A DNA stretch of 62,213 nucleotides, counting the filler. It is 12 parts of 12 records of this genome, joined end to end, with 100 filler letters (N's around TTAATTAATTAA, not from the genome) between each part and the next. Parts side by side here need not be neighbours in the genome. Positions count along the whole stretch, not along the records: positions 11,380 to 19,206 come from SRR11831585_53; positions 19,307 to 22,005 come from SRR11831585_55; positions 22,106 to 26,965 come from SRR11831585_56; 9 more parts are not named here. One strand, 5' to 3'. The position numbers were made by a program, and so were the translations under genes. Positions 11,396 to 22,846 of this stretch are shown here, in pieces (position 1 is the stretch's first letter; each line of letters begins with the position of its first letter). A model generated the notes under the pieces. That model had not been told where the DNA came from and did no database searches. It saw only the letters and a program-made list of their open reading frames with translations.

Positions 11396-11421
11396 GCTTA
11401 CCCTGAATATTCAGGGTAAGC
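11396..11421. terminator. perfect 26-bp palindrome upstream of the eut operon
   Basis: GCTTACCCTGAAT|ATTCAGGGTAAGC; probably the terminator of the upstream gene (maeB in K-12). Confidence 0.5.
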
Positions 11422-11670
11422 AGTTTAGCTGCAATATATTAGTAAAGCTTATTACTGAGTTTGCGAATAATAAAAAAAAGCAGTCTATATAATATCTCGA
11501 TATTATTTTATTTATATTCATGCGTTGCATATGAAAGTTTATGCACCACAGCGAATATCTCTCCATTCTTAGTGATCTACCTCACCTTTTAAACGCGCTT
11601 GCCGAATTTTGTTATTTACTCTGACGAAAAATTGTCACGATACACGAAAGTTTTTCACAGGCGGCGACTC

Positions 11671-12006
11671 ATGGATAAAGAACGCATCATTCAGGAATTT
11701 GTGCCCGGCAAACAGGTCACACTGGCGCATCTCATCGCGCATCCCGGTGAGGAACTGGCGAAGAAAATCGGCGTTCCGGATGCGGGCGCAATTGGCATTA
11801 TGACGCTAACTCCCGGCGAAACGGCGATGATCGCCGGTGATTTAGCGCTGAAAGCCGCTGATGTGCATATCGGTTTTCTCGACCGATTCAGCGGTGCATT
11901 GGTGATTTATGGCTCGGTGGGCGCAGTAGAAGAAGCGTTATCACAAACCGTCAGCGGTTTAGGTCGCTTATTAAATTATACGCTTTGTGAAATGACCAAA
12001 AGTTAA
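11671..12006 (+). CDS. eutS: ethanolamine microcompartment shell protein
   Basis: 111 aa [20 protein letters not shown]. Confidence 0.96.
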
Positions 12007-12018
12007 TACGAGGCATTC

Positions 12019-12498
12019 ATGAAACGAATTGCGTTTGTGGGTAGCGTCGGGGCAGGAAAAACAACGTTATTTAATGCGTTGCAGGGGAATTATACCCTCG
12101 CCAGAAAAACACAGGCCGTGGAATTTAATGATAAGGGCGATATTGATACGCCGGGTGAATATTTTAACCATCCCCGCTGGTATCACGCCTTAATTACCAC
12201 GCTACAGGATGTAGACATGCTGATCTATGTCCATGGCGCAAATGACCCGGAAAGTCGGTTGCCTGCCGGGTTGCTGGATATTGGCGTCAGCAAACGGCAA
12301 ATCGCCGTCATCAGTAAAACGGACATGCCAGATGCTGACGTCGCCGCAACGCGAAAGTTATTGCTTGAGACGGGTTTCGAAGAGCCGATGTTCGAGCTAA
12401 ACAGCCACGACCCGCAAAGCGTGCAGCAACTGGTGGATTATCTGGCATCTCTCACCAAACAGGAGGAAGCAGGTGAAAAAACTCATCACAGCGAATGA
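12019..12498 (+). CDS. eutP: EutP P-loop protein
   Basis: GSVGAGKTT and IDTPGEY motifs. Confidence 0.96.
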   Translation: MKRIAFVGSVGAGKTTLFNALQGNYTLARKTQAVEFNDKGDIDTPGEYFNHPRWYHALITTLQDVDMLIYVHGANDPESRLPAGLLDIGVSKRQIAVISKTDMPDADVAATRKLLLETGFEEPMFELNSHDPQSVQQLVDYLASLTKQEEAGEKTHHSE

Positions 12499-13174
12499 TA
12501 TTCGTGAAGCACACGCGCGCGGCGAACAGGCAATGTCCGTGGTTCTGCGCGCCAGCATTATTACCCCGGAAGCCCGTGAAGTGGCGGATCTACTGGGTTT
12601 TACCATCACCGAATGTGATGAATCGATCCCGGTAACGGCGTCCGTGCCCGCCAGCGTGCCAGCCGACAAAACCGAAAGCCAGCGCATCCGCGAAACCATC
12701 ATTGCCCAGCTGCCGGAAGGCCAGTTTACCGAAAGCCTGGTCGCACAGCTGATGGAAAAAGTGATGAAGGAAAAACAGTCGCTGGAGCAGGGCGCAATGC
12801 AGCCGAGCTTCAAATCGGTGACCGGCAAAGGCGGCATCAAAGTGATTGATGGCAGTAGCGTCAAGTTTGGTCGTTTCGACGGCGCAGAGCCGCATTGCGT
12901 GGGCTTGACTGATCTTGTGACCGGAGACGACGGCAGCAGCATGGCCGCCGGTTTTATGCAGTGGGAGAACGCATTCTTCCCGTGGACCCTGAACTACGAC
13001 GAAATCGACATGGTGCTGGAAGGGGAGCTGCATGTTCGCCACGAAGGCCAAACCATGATCGCCAAAGCAGGCGACGTGATGTTTATCCCGAAAGGCTCCA
13101 GCATCGAATTTGGTACGACATCCAGCGTGAAATTCCTGTATGTCGCCTGGCCGGCTAACTGGCAATCCCTATGA
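12473..13174 (+). CDS. eutQ: EutQ cupin protein
   Basis: 233 aa, GTG start; WTLNYDEIDMVLEG cupin motif. Confidence 0.96.
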   Translation: MKKLITANDIREAHARGEQAMSVVLRASIITPEAREVADLLGFTITECDESIPVTASVPASVPADKTESQRIRETIIAQLPEGQFTESLVAQLMEKVMKEKQSLEQGAMQPSFKSVTGKGGIKVIDGSSVKFGRFDGAEPHCVGLTDLVTGDDGSSMAAGFMQWENAFFPWTLNYDEIDMVLEGELHVRHEGQTMIAKAGDVMFIPKGSSIEFGTTSSVKFLYVAWPANWQSL

Positions 13175-13974
13175 AAGATTTCATCACCGAAGCATGGCTA
13201 AGAGCGAACCATACGCTCAGCGAAGGCGCAGAGATCCATCTCCCTGCGGACAGTCGCCTGACGCCCTCTGCCCGGGAGTTGCTGGAAAGCCGCCATCTGC
13301 GCATCAAGTTTATTGACGAGCAGGGCCGCCTGTTTGTTGACGATGAACAGCAGCAGCCGCAGCCCGTTCATGGGCTGACCAGTAGCGATGAACATCCGCA
13401 GGCGTGCTGCGAACTGTGTCGCCAGCCGGTGGCAAAAAAGCCGGATACGCTGACTCACCTGTCGGCGGAAAAAATGGTCGCCAAAAGCGATCCGCGTCTG
13501 GGTTTTCGCGCGGTTCTCGACAGCACCATTGCGCTGGCAGTGTGGCTGCAAATTGAACTGGCGGAACCGTGGCAGCCGTGGCTGGCGGATATCCGTTCGC
13601 GTCTTGGCAACATTATGCGCGCCGATGCGCTGGGGGAACCGCTGGGCTGCCAGGCGATTGTCGGGCTTTCTGACGAAGATCTGCATCGGCTTTCTCATCA
13701 GCCGCTGCGCTATCTCGACCACGATCATCTGGTGCCGGAAGCCAGCCACGGGCGCGATGCTGCGTTGCTCAATCTGCTACGCACCAAAGTGCGGGAAACC
13801 GAAACCGTAGCGGCGCAGGTCTTTATCACCCGCAGCTTTGAAGTATTACGCCCGGACATTTTGCAGGCGCTGAACCGCCTTTCGAGCACGGTCTACGTGA
13901 TGATGATCCTGAGCGTAACGAAGCAGCCGCTAACGGTGAAGCAGATCCAACAACGACTGGGGGAAACGCAATGA
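13171..13974 (+). CDS. eutT: cob(I)alamin adenosyltransferase
   Basis: 267 aa [16 protein letters not shown] and LNRLSS motifs. Confidence 0.96.
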
Positions 13975-14987
13975 TTATTGAACGTTGTCGTGAACTGGCG
14001 TTGCGAGCGCCCGCCAGAGTGGTTTTTCCGGATGCGTTAGACCAACGTGTGCTGAAAGCCGCGCAATATTTACATCAACAAGGTCTGGCAACGCCCATTC
14101 TGGTCGCCAATCCGTTTGAACTTCGTCAGTTTGCGCTCAGTCACGGCGTGGCGATGGACGGGCTACAGGTGATTGATCCGCATGGCAACCTCGCAATGCG
14201 GGAAGAATTTGCTCATCGCTGGCTGGCCCGCGCGGGCGAAAAAACGCCGCCGGATGCGCTGGAAAAACTTACCGACCCTCTGATGTTCGCCGCAGCAATG
14301 GTCAGCGCCGGTAAAGCGGATGTCTGTATCGCGGGCAACCTCTCTTCCACGGCAAATGTGCTGCGTGCCGGATTACGCATTATCGGCTTGCAGCCAGGCT
14401 GTAAAACGCTCTCTTCCATTTTCCTGATGTTGCCACAGTACAGCGGCCCGGCGTTGGGCTTTGCCGATTGCAGCGTGGTGCCACAGCCGACGGCGGCGCA
14501 GCTGGCGGATATCGCGCTTGCCAGTGCCGAAACCTGGCGCGCCATCACCGGAGAAGAGCCGCGCGTGGCGATGCTGTCGTTTTCCAGCAATGGTAGCGCC
14601 CGTCACCCCTGTGTTGCTAACGTCCAGCAGGCGACAGAAATCGTCCGTGAGCGCGCACCAAAGCTGGTGGTGGATGGCGAGTTACAGTTTGACGCCGCCT
14701 TCGTGCCGGAAGTGGCGGCGCAAAAAGCGCCTGCCAGCCCGCTACAGGGCAAGGCCAATGTGATGGTTTTTCCGTCGCTGGAAGCCGGAAATATTGGTTA
14801 CAAAATCGCACAACGACTCGGCGGATATCGTGCCGTCGGGCCACTGATACAAGGACTTGCCGCGCCGATGCACGATCTCTCTCGTGGTTGTAGCGTGCAG
14901 GAAATTATCGAGCTGGCGCTGGTGGCAGCTGTGCCGCGTCAGACAGAAGTGAACCGCGAAAGCAGTTTACAAACACTGGTTGAATGA
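13971..14987 (+). CDS. eutD: phosphate acetyltransferase
   Basis: 338 aa; [15 protein letters not shown] and DLSRG PTA motifs. Confidence 0.96.
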
Positions 14988-15025
14988 ACGGTCCCGTTCT
15001 GGACCCTGATAAAGAGGAAAGCACA

Positions 15026-15319
15026 ATGGAAGCATTAGGAATGATCGAAACCCGGGGCCTGGTTGCACTGATTGAGGCTTCTGACGCGATGGTGAAAGCT
15101 GCGCGCGTCAAGCTGGTTGGTGTTAAGCAGATTGGCGGCGGCCTGTGTACTGCCATGGTTCGTGGTGATGTTGCAGCCTGTAAAGCCGCGACCGATGCAG
15201 GTGCCGCAGCGGCACAGCGTATCGGCGAGCTGGTATCTGTACACGTTATCCCGCGTCCGCACGGCGACCTGGAAGAAGTCTTCCCGATCGGCCTGAAAGG
15301 CGATAGCAGCAACCTGTAA
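15026..15319 (+). CDS. eutM: BMC-H shell protein
   Basis: 97 aa [11 protein letters not shown]...VIPRPH. Confidence 0.97.
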   Translation: MEALGMIETRGLVALIEASDAMVKAARVKLVGVKQIGGGLCTAMVRGDVAACKAATDAGAAAAQRIGELVSVHVIPRPHGDLEEVFPIGLKGDSSNL

Positions 15320-15425
15320 TCACCCTGTGTGACGTCGATTCGGGCGTCACGCTCTCTCCTTTTTCATTTTACCTTCTGCGGAGGGTAGGGGGAGCTTTTA
15401 CCTGAAATACGCCACGGAGGCGGGT

Positions 15426-15713
15426 ATGAAACTGGCAGTCGTCACTGGACAAATTGTTTGTACCGTACGCCATCACGGACTGGCGCATGACAAATTGCTG
15501 ATGGTGGAAATGATTGATCCACAAGGTAATCCTGACGGGCAATGCGCCGTCGCCATCGACAATATTGGCGCGGGAACCGGGGAGTGGGTGTTACTGGTGA
15601 GTGGCAGTTCCGCCCGCCAGGCGCATAAAAGCGAAACGTCACCGGTCGATCTGTGCGTGATTGGCATTGTCGATGAGGTGGTGTCTGGCGGTCAGGTAAT
15701 TTTCCACAAATAA
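15426..15713 (+). CDS. eutN: BMC vertex protein (CcmL/EutN)
   Basis: AIDNIGAGTGEWVL and GSSAR motifs. Confidence 0.97.
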   Translation: MKLAVVTGQIVCTVRHHGLAHDKLLMVEMIDPQGNPDGQCAVAIDNIGAGTGEWVLLVSGSSARQAHKSETSPVDLCVIGIVDEVVSGGQVIFHK

Positions 15714-15724
15714 GGCAGAACATC

Positions 15725-17128
15725 ATGAATCAACAGGATATTGAACAGGTGGTGAAAGCGGTACTGCTGAAAATGCAAAGCAGTGACACGCCGTCCGCCG
15801 CCGTTCATGAGATGGGCGTTTTCGCGTCCCTGGATGACGCCGTTGCGGCAGCCAAAGTCGCCCAGCAAGGGTTAAAAAGCGTGGCAATGCGCCAGTTAGC
15901 CATTGCTGCCATTCGTGAAGCAGGCGAAAAACACGCCAGAGATTTAGCGGAACTTGCCGTCAGTGAAACCGGCATGGGGCGCGTTGAAGATAAATTTGCA
16001 AAAAACGTCGCTCAGGCGCGCGGCACACCAGGCGTTGAGTGCCTCTCTCCGCAAGTGCTGACTGGCGACAACGGCCTGACCCTAATTGAAAACGCACCCT
16101 GGGGCGTGGTGGCTTCGGTGACGCCTTCCACTAACCCGGCGGCAACCGTAATTAACAACGCCATCAGCCTGATTGCCGCGGGCAACAGCGTCATTTTTGC
16201 CCCGCATCCGGCGGCGAAAAAAGTCTCCCAGCGGGCGATTACGCTGCTCAACCAGGCGATTGTTGCCGCAGGTGGGCCGGAAAACTTACTGGTTACTGTG
16301 GCAAATCCGGATATCGAAACCGCGCAACGCTTGTTCAAGTTTCCGGGTATCGGCCTGCTGGTGGTAACCGGCGGCGAAGCGGTAGTAGAAGCGGCGCGTA
16401 AACACACCAATAAACGTCTGATTGCCGCAGGCGCTGGCAACCCGCCGGTAGTGGTGGATGAAACCGCCGACCTCGCCCGTGCCGCTCAGTCCATCGTCAA
16501 AGGCGCTTCTTTCGATAACAACATCATTTGTGCCGACGAAAAGGTACTGATTGTTGTTGATAGCGTAGCCGATGAACTGATGCGTCTGATGGAAGGCCAG
16601 CACGCGGTGAAACTGACCGCAGAACAGGCGCAGCAGCTGCAACCGGTGTTGCTGAAAAATATCGACGAGCGCGGAAAAGGCACCGTCAGCCGTGACTGGG
16701 TTGGTCGCGACGCAGGCAAAATCGCGGCGGCAATCGGCCTTAAAGTTCCGCAAGAAACGCGCCTGCTGTTTGTGGAAACCACCGCAGAACATCCGTTTGC
16801 CGTGACTGAACTGATGATGCCGGTGTTGCCCGTCGTGCGCGTCGCCAACGTGGCGGATGCCATTGCGCTAGCGGTGAAACTGGAAGGCGGTTGCCACCAC
16901 ACGGCGGCAATGCACTCGCGCAACATCGAAAACATGAACCAGATGGCGAATGCTATTGATACCAGCATTTTCGTTAAGAACGGACCGTGCATTGCCGGGC
17001 TGGGGCTGGGCGGGGAAGGCTGGACCACCATGACCATCACCACGCCAACCGGTGAAGGGGTAACCAGCGCGCGTACGTTTGTCCGTCTGCGTCGCTGTGT
17101 ATTAGTCGATGCGTTTCGCATTGTTTAA
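15725..17128 (+). CDS. eutE: acetaldehyde dehydrogenase (acetylating)
   Basis: 467 aa; PSTNP, AGAGNPP and FDNNIICADEK motifs. Confidence 0.97.
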   Translation: MNQQDIEQVVKAVLLKMQSSDTPSAAVHEMGVFASLDDAVAAAKVAQQGLKSVAMRQLAIAAIREAGEKHARDLAELAVSETGMGRVEDKFAKNVAQARGTPGVECLSPQVLTGDNGLTLIENAPWGVVASVTPSTNPAATVINNAISLIAAGNSVIFAPHPAAKKVSQRAITLLNQAIVAAGGPENLLVTVANPDIETAQRLFKFPGIGLLVVTGGEAVVEAARKHTNKRLIAAGAGNPPVVVDETADLARAAQSIVKGASFDNNIICADEKVLIVVDSVADELMRLMEGQHAVKLTAEQAQQLQPVLLKNIDERGKGTVSRDWVGRDAGKIAAAIGLKVPQETRLLFVETTAEHPFAVTELMMPVLPVVRVANVADAIALAVKLEGGCHHTAAMHSRNIENMNQMANAIDTSIFVKNGPCIAGLGLGGEGWTTMTITTPTGEGVTSARTFVRLRRCVLVDAFRIV

Positions 17129-17138
17129 GGAGTAACAG

Positions 17139-17975
17139 ATGGCGCACGACGAACAATGGCTCACCCCACGTCTGCAAACGGCGGCAACGCTGTGTAACCA
17201 GACGCCCGCCGCGACGGAATCTCCGCTGTGGCTGGGGGTGGATCTGGGCACCTGCGATGTGGTGTCGATGGTTGTCGACCGCGACGGTCAGCCAGTGGCG
17301 GTATGCCTCGACTGGGCCGATGTGGTTCGCGACGGCATCGTCTGGGATTTCTTCGGCGCTGTCACCATTGTTCGTCGCCATCTCGACACGCTCGAGCAGC
17401 AATTCGGTCGTCGTTTTAGCCATGCGGCGACTTCATTTCCTCCAGGTACGGACCCGCGTATTTCCATCAACGTGCTGGAATCTGCCGGACTGGAAGTGAG
17501 CCATGTGCTGGATGAGCCAACCGCAGTTGCGGATCTGCTGCAACTGGACAACGCCGGTGTAGTGGATATCGGCGGCGGCACTACCGGCATTGCCATCGTG
17601 AAAAAGGGCAAGGTGACGTACTCGGCGGATGAAGCCACCGGCGGACATCACATCTCTCTGACTCTCGCCGGAAATCGCCGTATTTCGCTGGAAGAGGCGG
17701 AGCAGTACAAGCGCGGTCACGGTGAAGAGATTTGGCCTGCGGTGAAACCGGTGTACGAAAAAATGGCGGACATTGTCGCCCGGCATATTGAAGGGCAGGG
17801 CATTACTGATTTATGGCTGGCGGGCGGCTCTTGTATGCAACCGGGCGTGGCGGAACTGTTTCGCAAACAATTCCCGGCGTTACAGGTGCATTTACCGCAG
17901 CACAGTTTGTTTATGACCCCGCTGGCGATCGCCAGTAGTGGGCGAGAGAAAGCGGAGGGGCTATATGCAAAATGA
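17139..17975 (+). CDS. eutJ: EutJ Hsp70/actin-fold protein
   Basis: GVDLGT and VDIGGGTT motifs. Confidence 0.96.
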   Translation: MAHDEQWLTPRLQTAATLCNQTPAATESPLWLGVDLGTCDVVSMVVDRDGQPVAVCLDWADVVRDGIVWDFFGAVTIVRRHLDTLEQQFGRRFSHAATSFPPGTDPRISINVLESAGLEVSHVLDEPTAVADLLQLDNAGVVDIGGGTTGIAIVKKGKVTYSADEATGGHHISLTLAGNRRISLEEAEQYKRGHGEEIWPAVKPVYEKMADIVARHIEGQGITDLWLAGGSCMQPGVAELFRKQFPALQVHLPQHSLFMTPLAIASSGREKAEGLYAK

Positions 17976-19152
17976 ATTGCAGACCGCGCTCTTTCAGGCG
18001 TTCGATACCCTGAATCTGCAACGGGTAAAAACATTTAGCGTTCCACCGGTGACGCTTTGCGGTCCGGGCTCGGTGAGCAGTTGCGGACAGCAAGCGCAAA
18101 CGCGTGGGCTGAAACATCTGTTCGTGATGGCAGACAGCTTTTTGCATCAGGCAGGGATGACCGCCGGGCTGACGCGTAGCCTGACCGTTAAAGGTATCGC
18201 CATGACGCTCTGGCCATGTCCGGTGGGCGAACCGTGCATTACCGACGTGTGTGCAGCCGTGGCGCAGTTGCGTGAGTCAGGCTGTGATGGGGTGATCGCG
18301 TTTGGCGGCGGCTCGGTGCTGGATGCGGCGAAAGCCGTGACGTTGCTGGTGACGAACCCGGATAGCACGCTGGCAGAGATGTCAGAAACCAGCGTTCTGC
18401 AACCGCGCTTGCCGCTGATTGCCATTCCAACTACCGCCGGAACCGGCTCTGAAACCACCAATGTAACGGTGATTATCGACGCGGTGAGCGGGCGCAAGCA
18501 GGTGTTAGCCCATGCCTCGCTGATGCCGGATGTGGCGATCCTCGACGCCGCATTGACCGAAGGTGTGCCGTCGCATGTCACGGCGATGACCGGCATTGAT
18601 GCGTTAACCCATGCCATTGAAGCATACAGCGCCCTGAACGCTACACCGTTTACCGACAGTCTGGCGATTGGTGCCATTGCGATGATTGGCAAATCGCTGC
18701 CGAAAGCGGTGGGCTACGGTCACGACCTTGCCGCGCGCGAGAGCATGTTGCTGGCTTCATGTATGGCGGGAATGGCGTTTTCCAGTGCGGGTCTTGGGTT
18801 GTGCCACGCGATGGCGCATCAGCCGGGCGCGGCGCTGCATATTCCGCACGGTCTCGCGAACGCCATGTTGCTGCCAACGGTGATGGAATTTAACCGGATG
18901 GTTTGTCGTGAACGCTTTAGTCAGATTGGTCGGGCACTGCGAACTAAAAAATCCGACGATCGTGACGCTATTAACGCGGTAAGTGAGCTGATTGCGGAAG
19001 TTGGGATTGGTAAACGACTGGGCGATGTTGGTGCGACATCTGCGCATTACGGCGCATGGGCGCAGGCCGCGCTGGAAGATATTTGTCTGCGCAGTAACCC
19101 GCGTACCGCCAGCCTGGAGCAGATTGTCGGCCTGTACGCAGCGGCGCAATAA
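17965..19152 (+). CDS. eutG: iron-containing alcohol dehydrogenase
   Basis: 395 aa from MQNELQ; GGGSVLD, PTTAGTGSE and DALTHAIE motifs. Confidence 0.96.
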   Translation: MQNELQTALFQAFDTLNLQRVKTFSVPPVTLCGPGSVSSCGQQAQTRGLKHLFVMADSFLHQAGMTAGLTRSLTVKGIAMTLWPCPVGEPCITDVCAAVAQLRESGCDGVIAFGGGSVLDAAKAVTLLVTNPDSTLAEMSETSVLQPRLPLIAIPTTAGTGSETTNVTVIIDAVSGRKQVLAHASLMPDVAILDAALTEGVPSHVTAMTGIDALTHAIEAYSALNATPFTDSLAIGAIAMIGKSLPKAVGYGHDLAARESMLLASCMAGMAFSSAGLGLCHAMAHQPGAALHIPHGLANAMLLPTVMEFNRMVCRERFSQIGRALRTKKSDDRDAINAVSELIAEVGIGKRLGDVGATSAHYGAWAQAALEDICLRSNPRTASLEQIVGLYAAAQ

Positions 19153-19153
19153 A

Positions 19154-19192
19154 TGCCGGATGCGACGCTTGCCGCATCTTATCCAGCCTACG
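19154..19192. repeat. REP element after eutG at the contig end
   Basis: TGCCGGATGCGACGCTTGCCGCATCTTATCCAGCCTAC. Confidence 0.85.
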
Positions 19193-19306
19193 GGATTGCA
19201 CATGTANNNNNNNNNNNNNNNNNNNNNNNNNNNNNNNNNNNNNNNNNNNNTTAATTAATTAANNNNNNNNNNNNNNNNNNNNNNNNNNNNNNNNNNNNNN
19301 NNNNNN

Positions 19307-19335
19307 TGCTGCTGCTGCTGCTGCTGCTGCTGCTG
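19307..19335. repeat. (TGC)n microsatellite, probably intronic
   Basis: Pure trinucleotide run at the start of a eukaryotic contig. Confidence 0.9.
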
Positions 19336-19412
19336 TGCTGCGTGTCGTGTGTCTCGCTGCATCATTTCCTGTCAACTCACCATTCTCTGCCCTCGCTTAC
19401 CGCCCCGCACAG

Positions 19413-19628
19413 CTGTCATACGCGGACATCGTGGTGGCAGAATGGTTGCAGCTTGTGCACGAGGTCGCACCCACCACCTTTGACGAAACATACGCCAACT
19501 TGGCATCGCTGCGTGAACGTGTCATCGCACGCCCCAATATCTCTGCGTATCTGCAGTCGTCCCGGCGCCACGGCCTCCCCACACCCGCCTATATTGATGA
19601 GGTGAACGCGGGCTTGGGCCGTGTGTAA
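19413..19628 (+). CDS. glutathione S-transferase, last exon (eukaryotic, partial)
   Basis: Pyrimidine-rich tract and CAG acceptor ending at 19412, then LSYADIVVAEWL...LRERVIARPNISAYLQSSRR, a GST C-terminal pattern (SxAD capping box). Confidence 0.75.
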   Translation: MSYADIVVAEWLQLVHEVAPTTFDETYANLASLRERVIARPNISAYLQSSRRHGLPTPAYIDEVNAGLGRV

Positions 19629-20873
19629 TGCGCTGAGTTGTGTGTGTGCGCGCGAGTATGTATGTGTGCGTATCAGTGGATAGCTTTTGTGTCTGAGGTA
19701 CGGGCGTGCATCTGTGTGCTTTGGTGGGAATACAAGTGATTCGTGTGGGAGAGGTAGGACAGAAAGAGTGTAGTGTGTGATATATAATCCCCTCGTTATT
19801 ATGTGTTTGGTGAAGTGGTGTCCAGAGGGATTACTGAACGTGTTCGGCGGTTCTTTATCTCGTCTGCGCTCTCTCTATGTCTCGTTTTGCTGTTCTGCGC
19901 CTGCATCGTGGAGACCCCGTTGTTGTTCTGCAAAACAGCGCATTCTGCATGCACACACTGCTGCAGGACATTTGCTCTCCCCACTCATGATACAGTGAAA
20001 CTGCAACGCGCACAGAACGCCCCGGTTCTCTGCCAAAGCTTACAGGCGCAGTGTGTTTTCGTGACTTGGTCTGTGACGTTGACTGTCAGACAGCAGAGCC
20101 TCGAGGCGAGTCCTGCGAAGTAATATCCCCGTTCAACGCTGCTTGCTCTTTTGCTGGTCTCCCCACCCCGTGCGCGGTTTGGTTCTCGTGCCGGCGCTTG
20201 GAAATAGCCTACCTGAAATGTTGCGTCTTCCGGCGCTCCGCTTCCGTGCGCACTCACCGGACGCTGCACCTGTACGAATACTCTCGGCAACGCACTATGC
20301 GCTTGTGAATGGGTTTCGCGCATTTTCTTGGGCTTTCCCGCACATGTAGAGTGCTTTTCACGTCTCTCCTCTATGGACTGTATGAGCTGACATTTGTTTT
20401 CTACTCCGATCTCACAATCTATGGGGATCTGCGCATGGCGTATATCGCGTACCGTACCGTTCATCCGATGATCCCCATAATGCGCGCCTATATCCAGGAT
20501 CAGTATCATTCCATGGAGCAGTCTCCGCGGGTCTCATCTTCGTCATGAACTATTCCTGTGCGGGAGTTTCTCCTCCCCGACCGCTTGCTCTCTCCCCCCG
20601 TCCCCGCACAGTATTAGGGTACTGGCGCCCCGTACACGCACACGGGGCGAGCGAGTAGCTTTTGAGTGGACTGCGGTTCCACACCACTGAACCGTGCATG
20701 CACCGCCGTGGTCTGCAAATGCGTTGTCCGTGGCAGCACATGCGTTGTTCGGCCCGGTATGCAGATGGAATGTGAGCGGCGATGGTGTCTGTTGTGTACC
20801 GCTTCGCCCTTGTGCTGGTCTTTGATTGTGCTTGTCGGCCAACCTTGCTCGTAGCGGGTTCGCACCCCGCGCC

Positions 20874-22005
20874 ATGGCAGACATCCCAGCGCCATCCGCC
20901 CTCCAGCCCGATGAGCAGTTTTTTCTGGACGAGGCACGGAGCACGATTCAATCTTCATTTCAGCGGTTGAAGCACTTGAAGCCTACTAACGATCCGATTG
21001 ATGAACAGGATCTGCCGAATTTTGCTGAGGCTTTATCGGTTTTCTGTCGGAAGGTGGCGTGGATCAATGATTCAGCCTTGTGGAAGAGGGAGTCAATCGC
21101 TTTTCAGCCGGGTTCCTTCAACCCGTCGTTTCCTTTATGGCTCTCTGCAGTTATTTCTTGCTCGGCAACGACTGCTCAACAATATTTTCGCATCTCTCGC
21201 ATGGCGGTTCCGCTCAATGGCAGTCAGTGGTTTCGGCTCATGTCAGAAAACGTCGAACTCCGATCATTGCGATCCCTTACTCGCCTCACTGAGGCGGACC
21301 AGAGACGACTGATCGAGAGATATCGCGGAGACGGGAATCGCGATTCTACGATCGAACCCCAGTCAATGCAATCACTTCCCAAAGCACCTTCCTCTGCTTC
21401 TTCTCGCGACCGTGCTGCCTCATCAGCCAAGCACTCATCCTCATCCAACTCTACCGCACATTCTGGCTTAGCCGGCTCGCACCTCACCACACAGTCCGCC
21501 CAGGCGTCCCCCGCCGCGCAGTCCGTCCCAGCACGGGCCGTCTTCTCCTCCCCGACCCTGCCCGTGGCGCGACCCTCCAACCACAACGCACGCCACTCGC
21601 CTCTGTATGCCCTGGCGCAGGTGGTCGCCAAGCGGAAGCGGGATCTCTCGCCCGACCCCGTCACAGACTCCCCCTCGCACACATACCGCCCGTCCCACCG
21701 CACAGACAACAGCTCCGTGCCGCGCTCCTCCACCCTCTCGCATTCCCTCGCACAGCACGATGGGCACCGGCCTGCAATGGCGCCGGCGCTCATGCTACGG
21801 AGTCAGCAACCATCGGACCCTCCCCAGCTCCCCATGCCGCCCCCACTATCACAACAACAACAGCAGCACGCACGGATGCATGCGGTGGGCAGTGGGGAGC
21901 GGCTACCGGGCCCGGACGCGCTTCTCCGTGAGCACCCGGGCGCCGTGCTCAGTGCAGGGCGTGTGTACGGTGGGTATGAGGCCGGGCCAATGGACACGTA
22001 CGGGG
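20874..22005 (+). CDS. eukaryotic hypothetical protein, 3' end truncated
   Basis: GCCATGG Kozak start; at least 377 open codons; about 140-aa helical N-terminal domain, then S/P/Q low-complexity sequence with KRKR. Confidence 0.65.
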
Positions 22006-22107
22006 NNNNNNNNNNNNNNNNNNNNNNNNNNNNNNNNNNNNNNNNNNNNTTAATTAATTAANNNNNNNNNNNNNNNNNNNNNNNNNNNNNNNNNNNNNNN
22101 NNNNNCG

Positions 22108-22827
<720 letters not shown>

Positions 22828-22846
22828 GCGCAAAGGAATTGAGCGG

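Noticed and set aside
11671-19152. Microcompartment locus as a novel system
   Set aside because: It is the well-studied E. coli eut operon in standard order, cut after eutG.
20051-20548. Two in-frame ORFs joined by TGA-ATG (possible readthrough or selenoprotein), and antisense ORF 19985-20509
   Set aside because: No recognisable domain, SECIS-like structure or convincing splice model; probably intergenic or UTR sequence.
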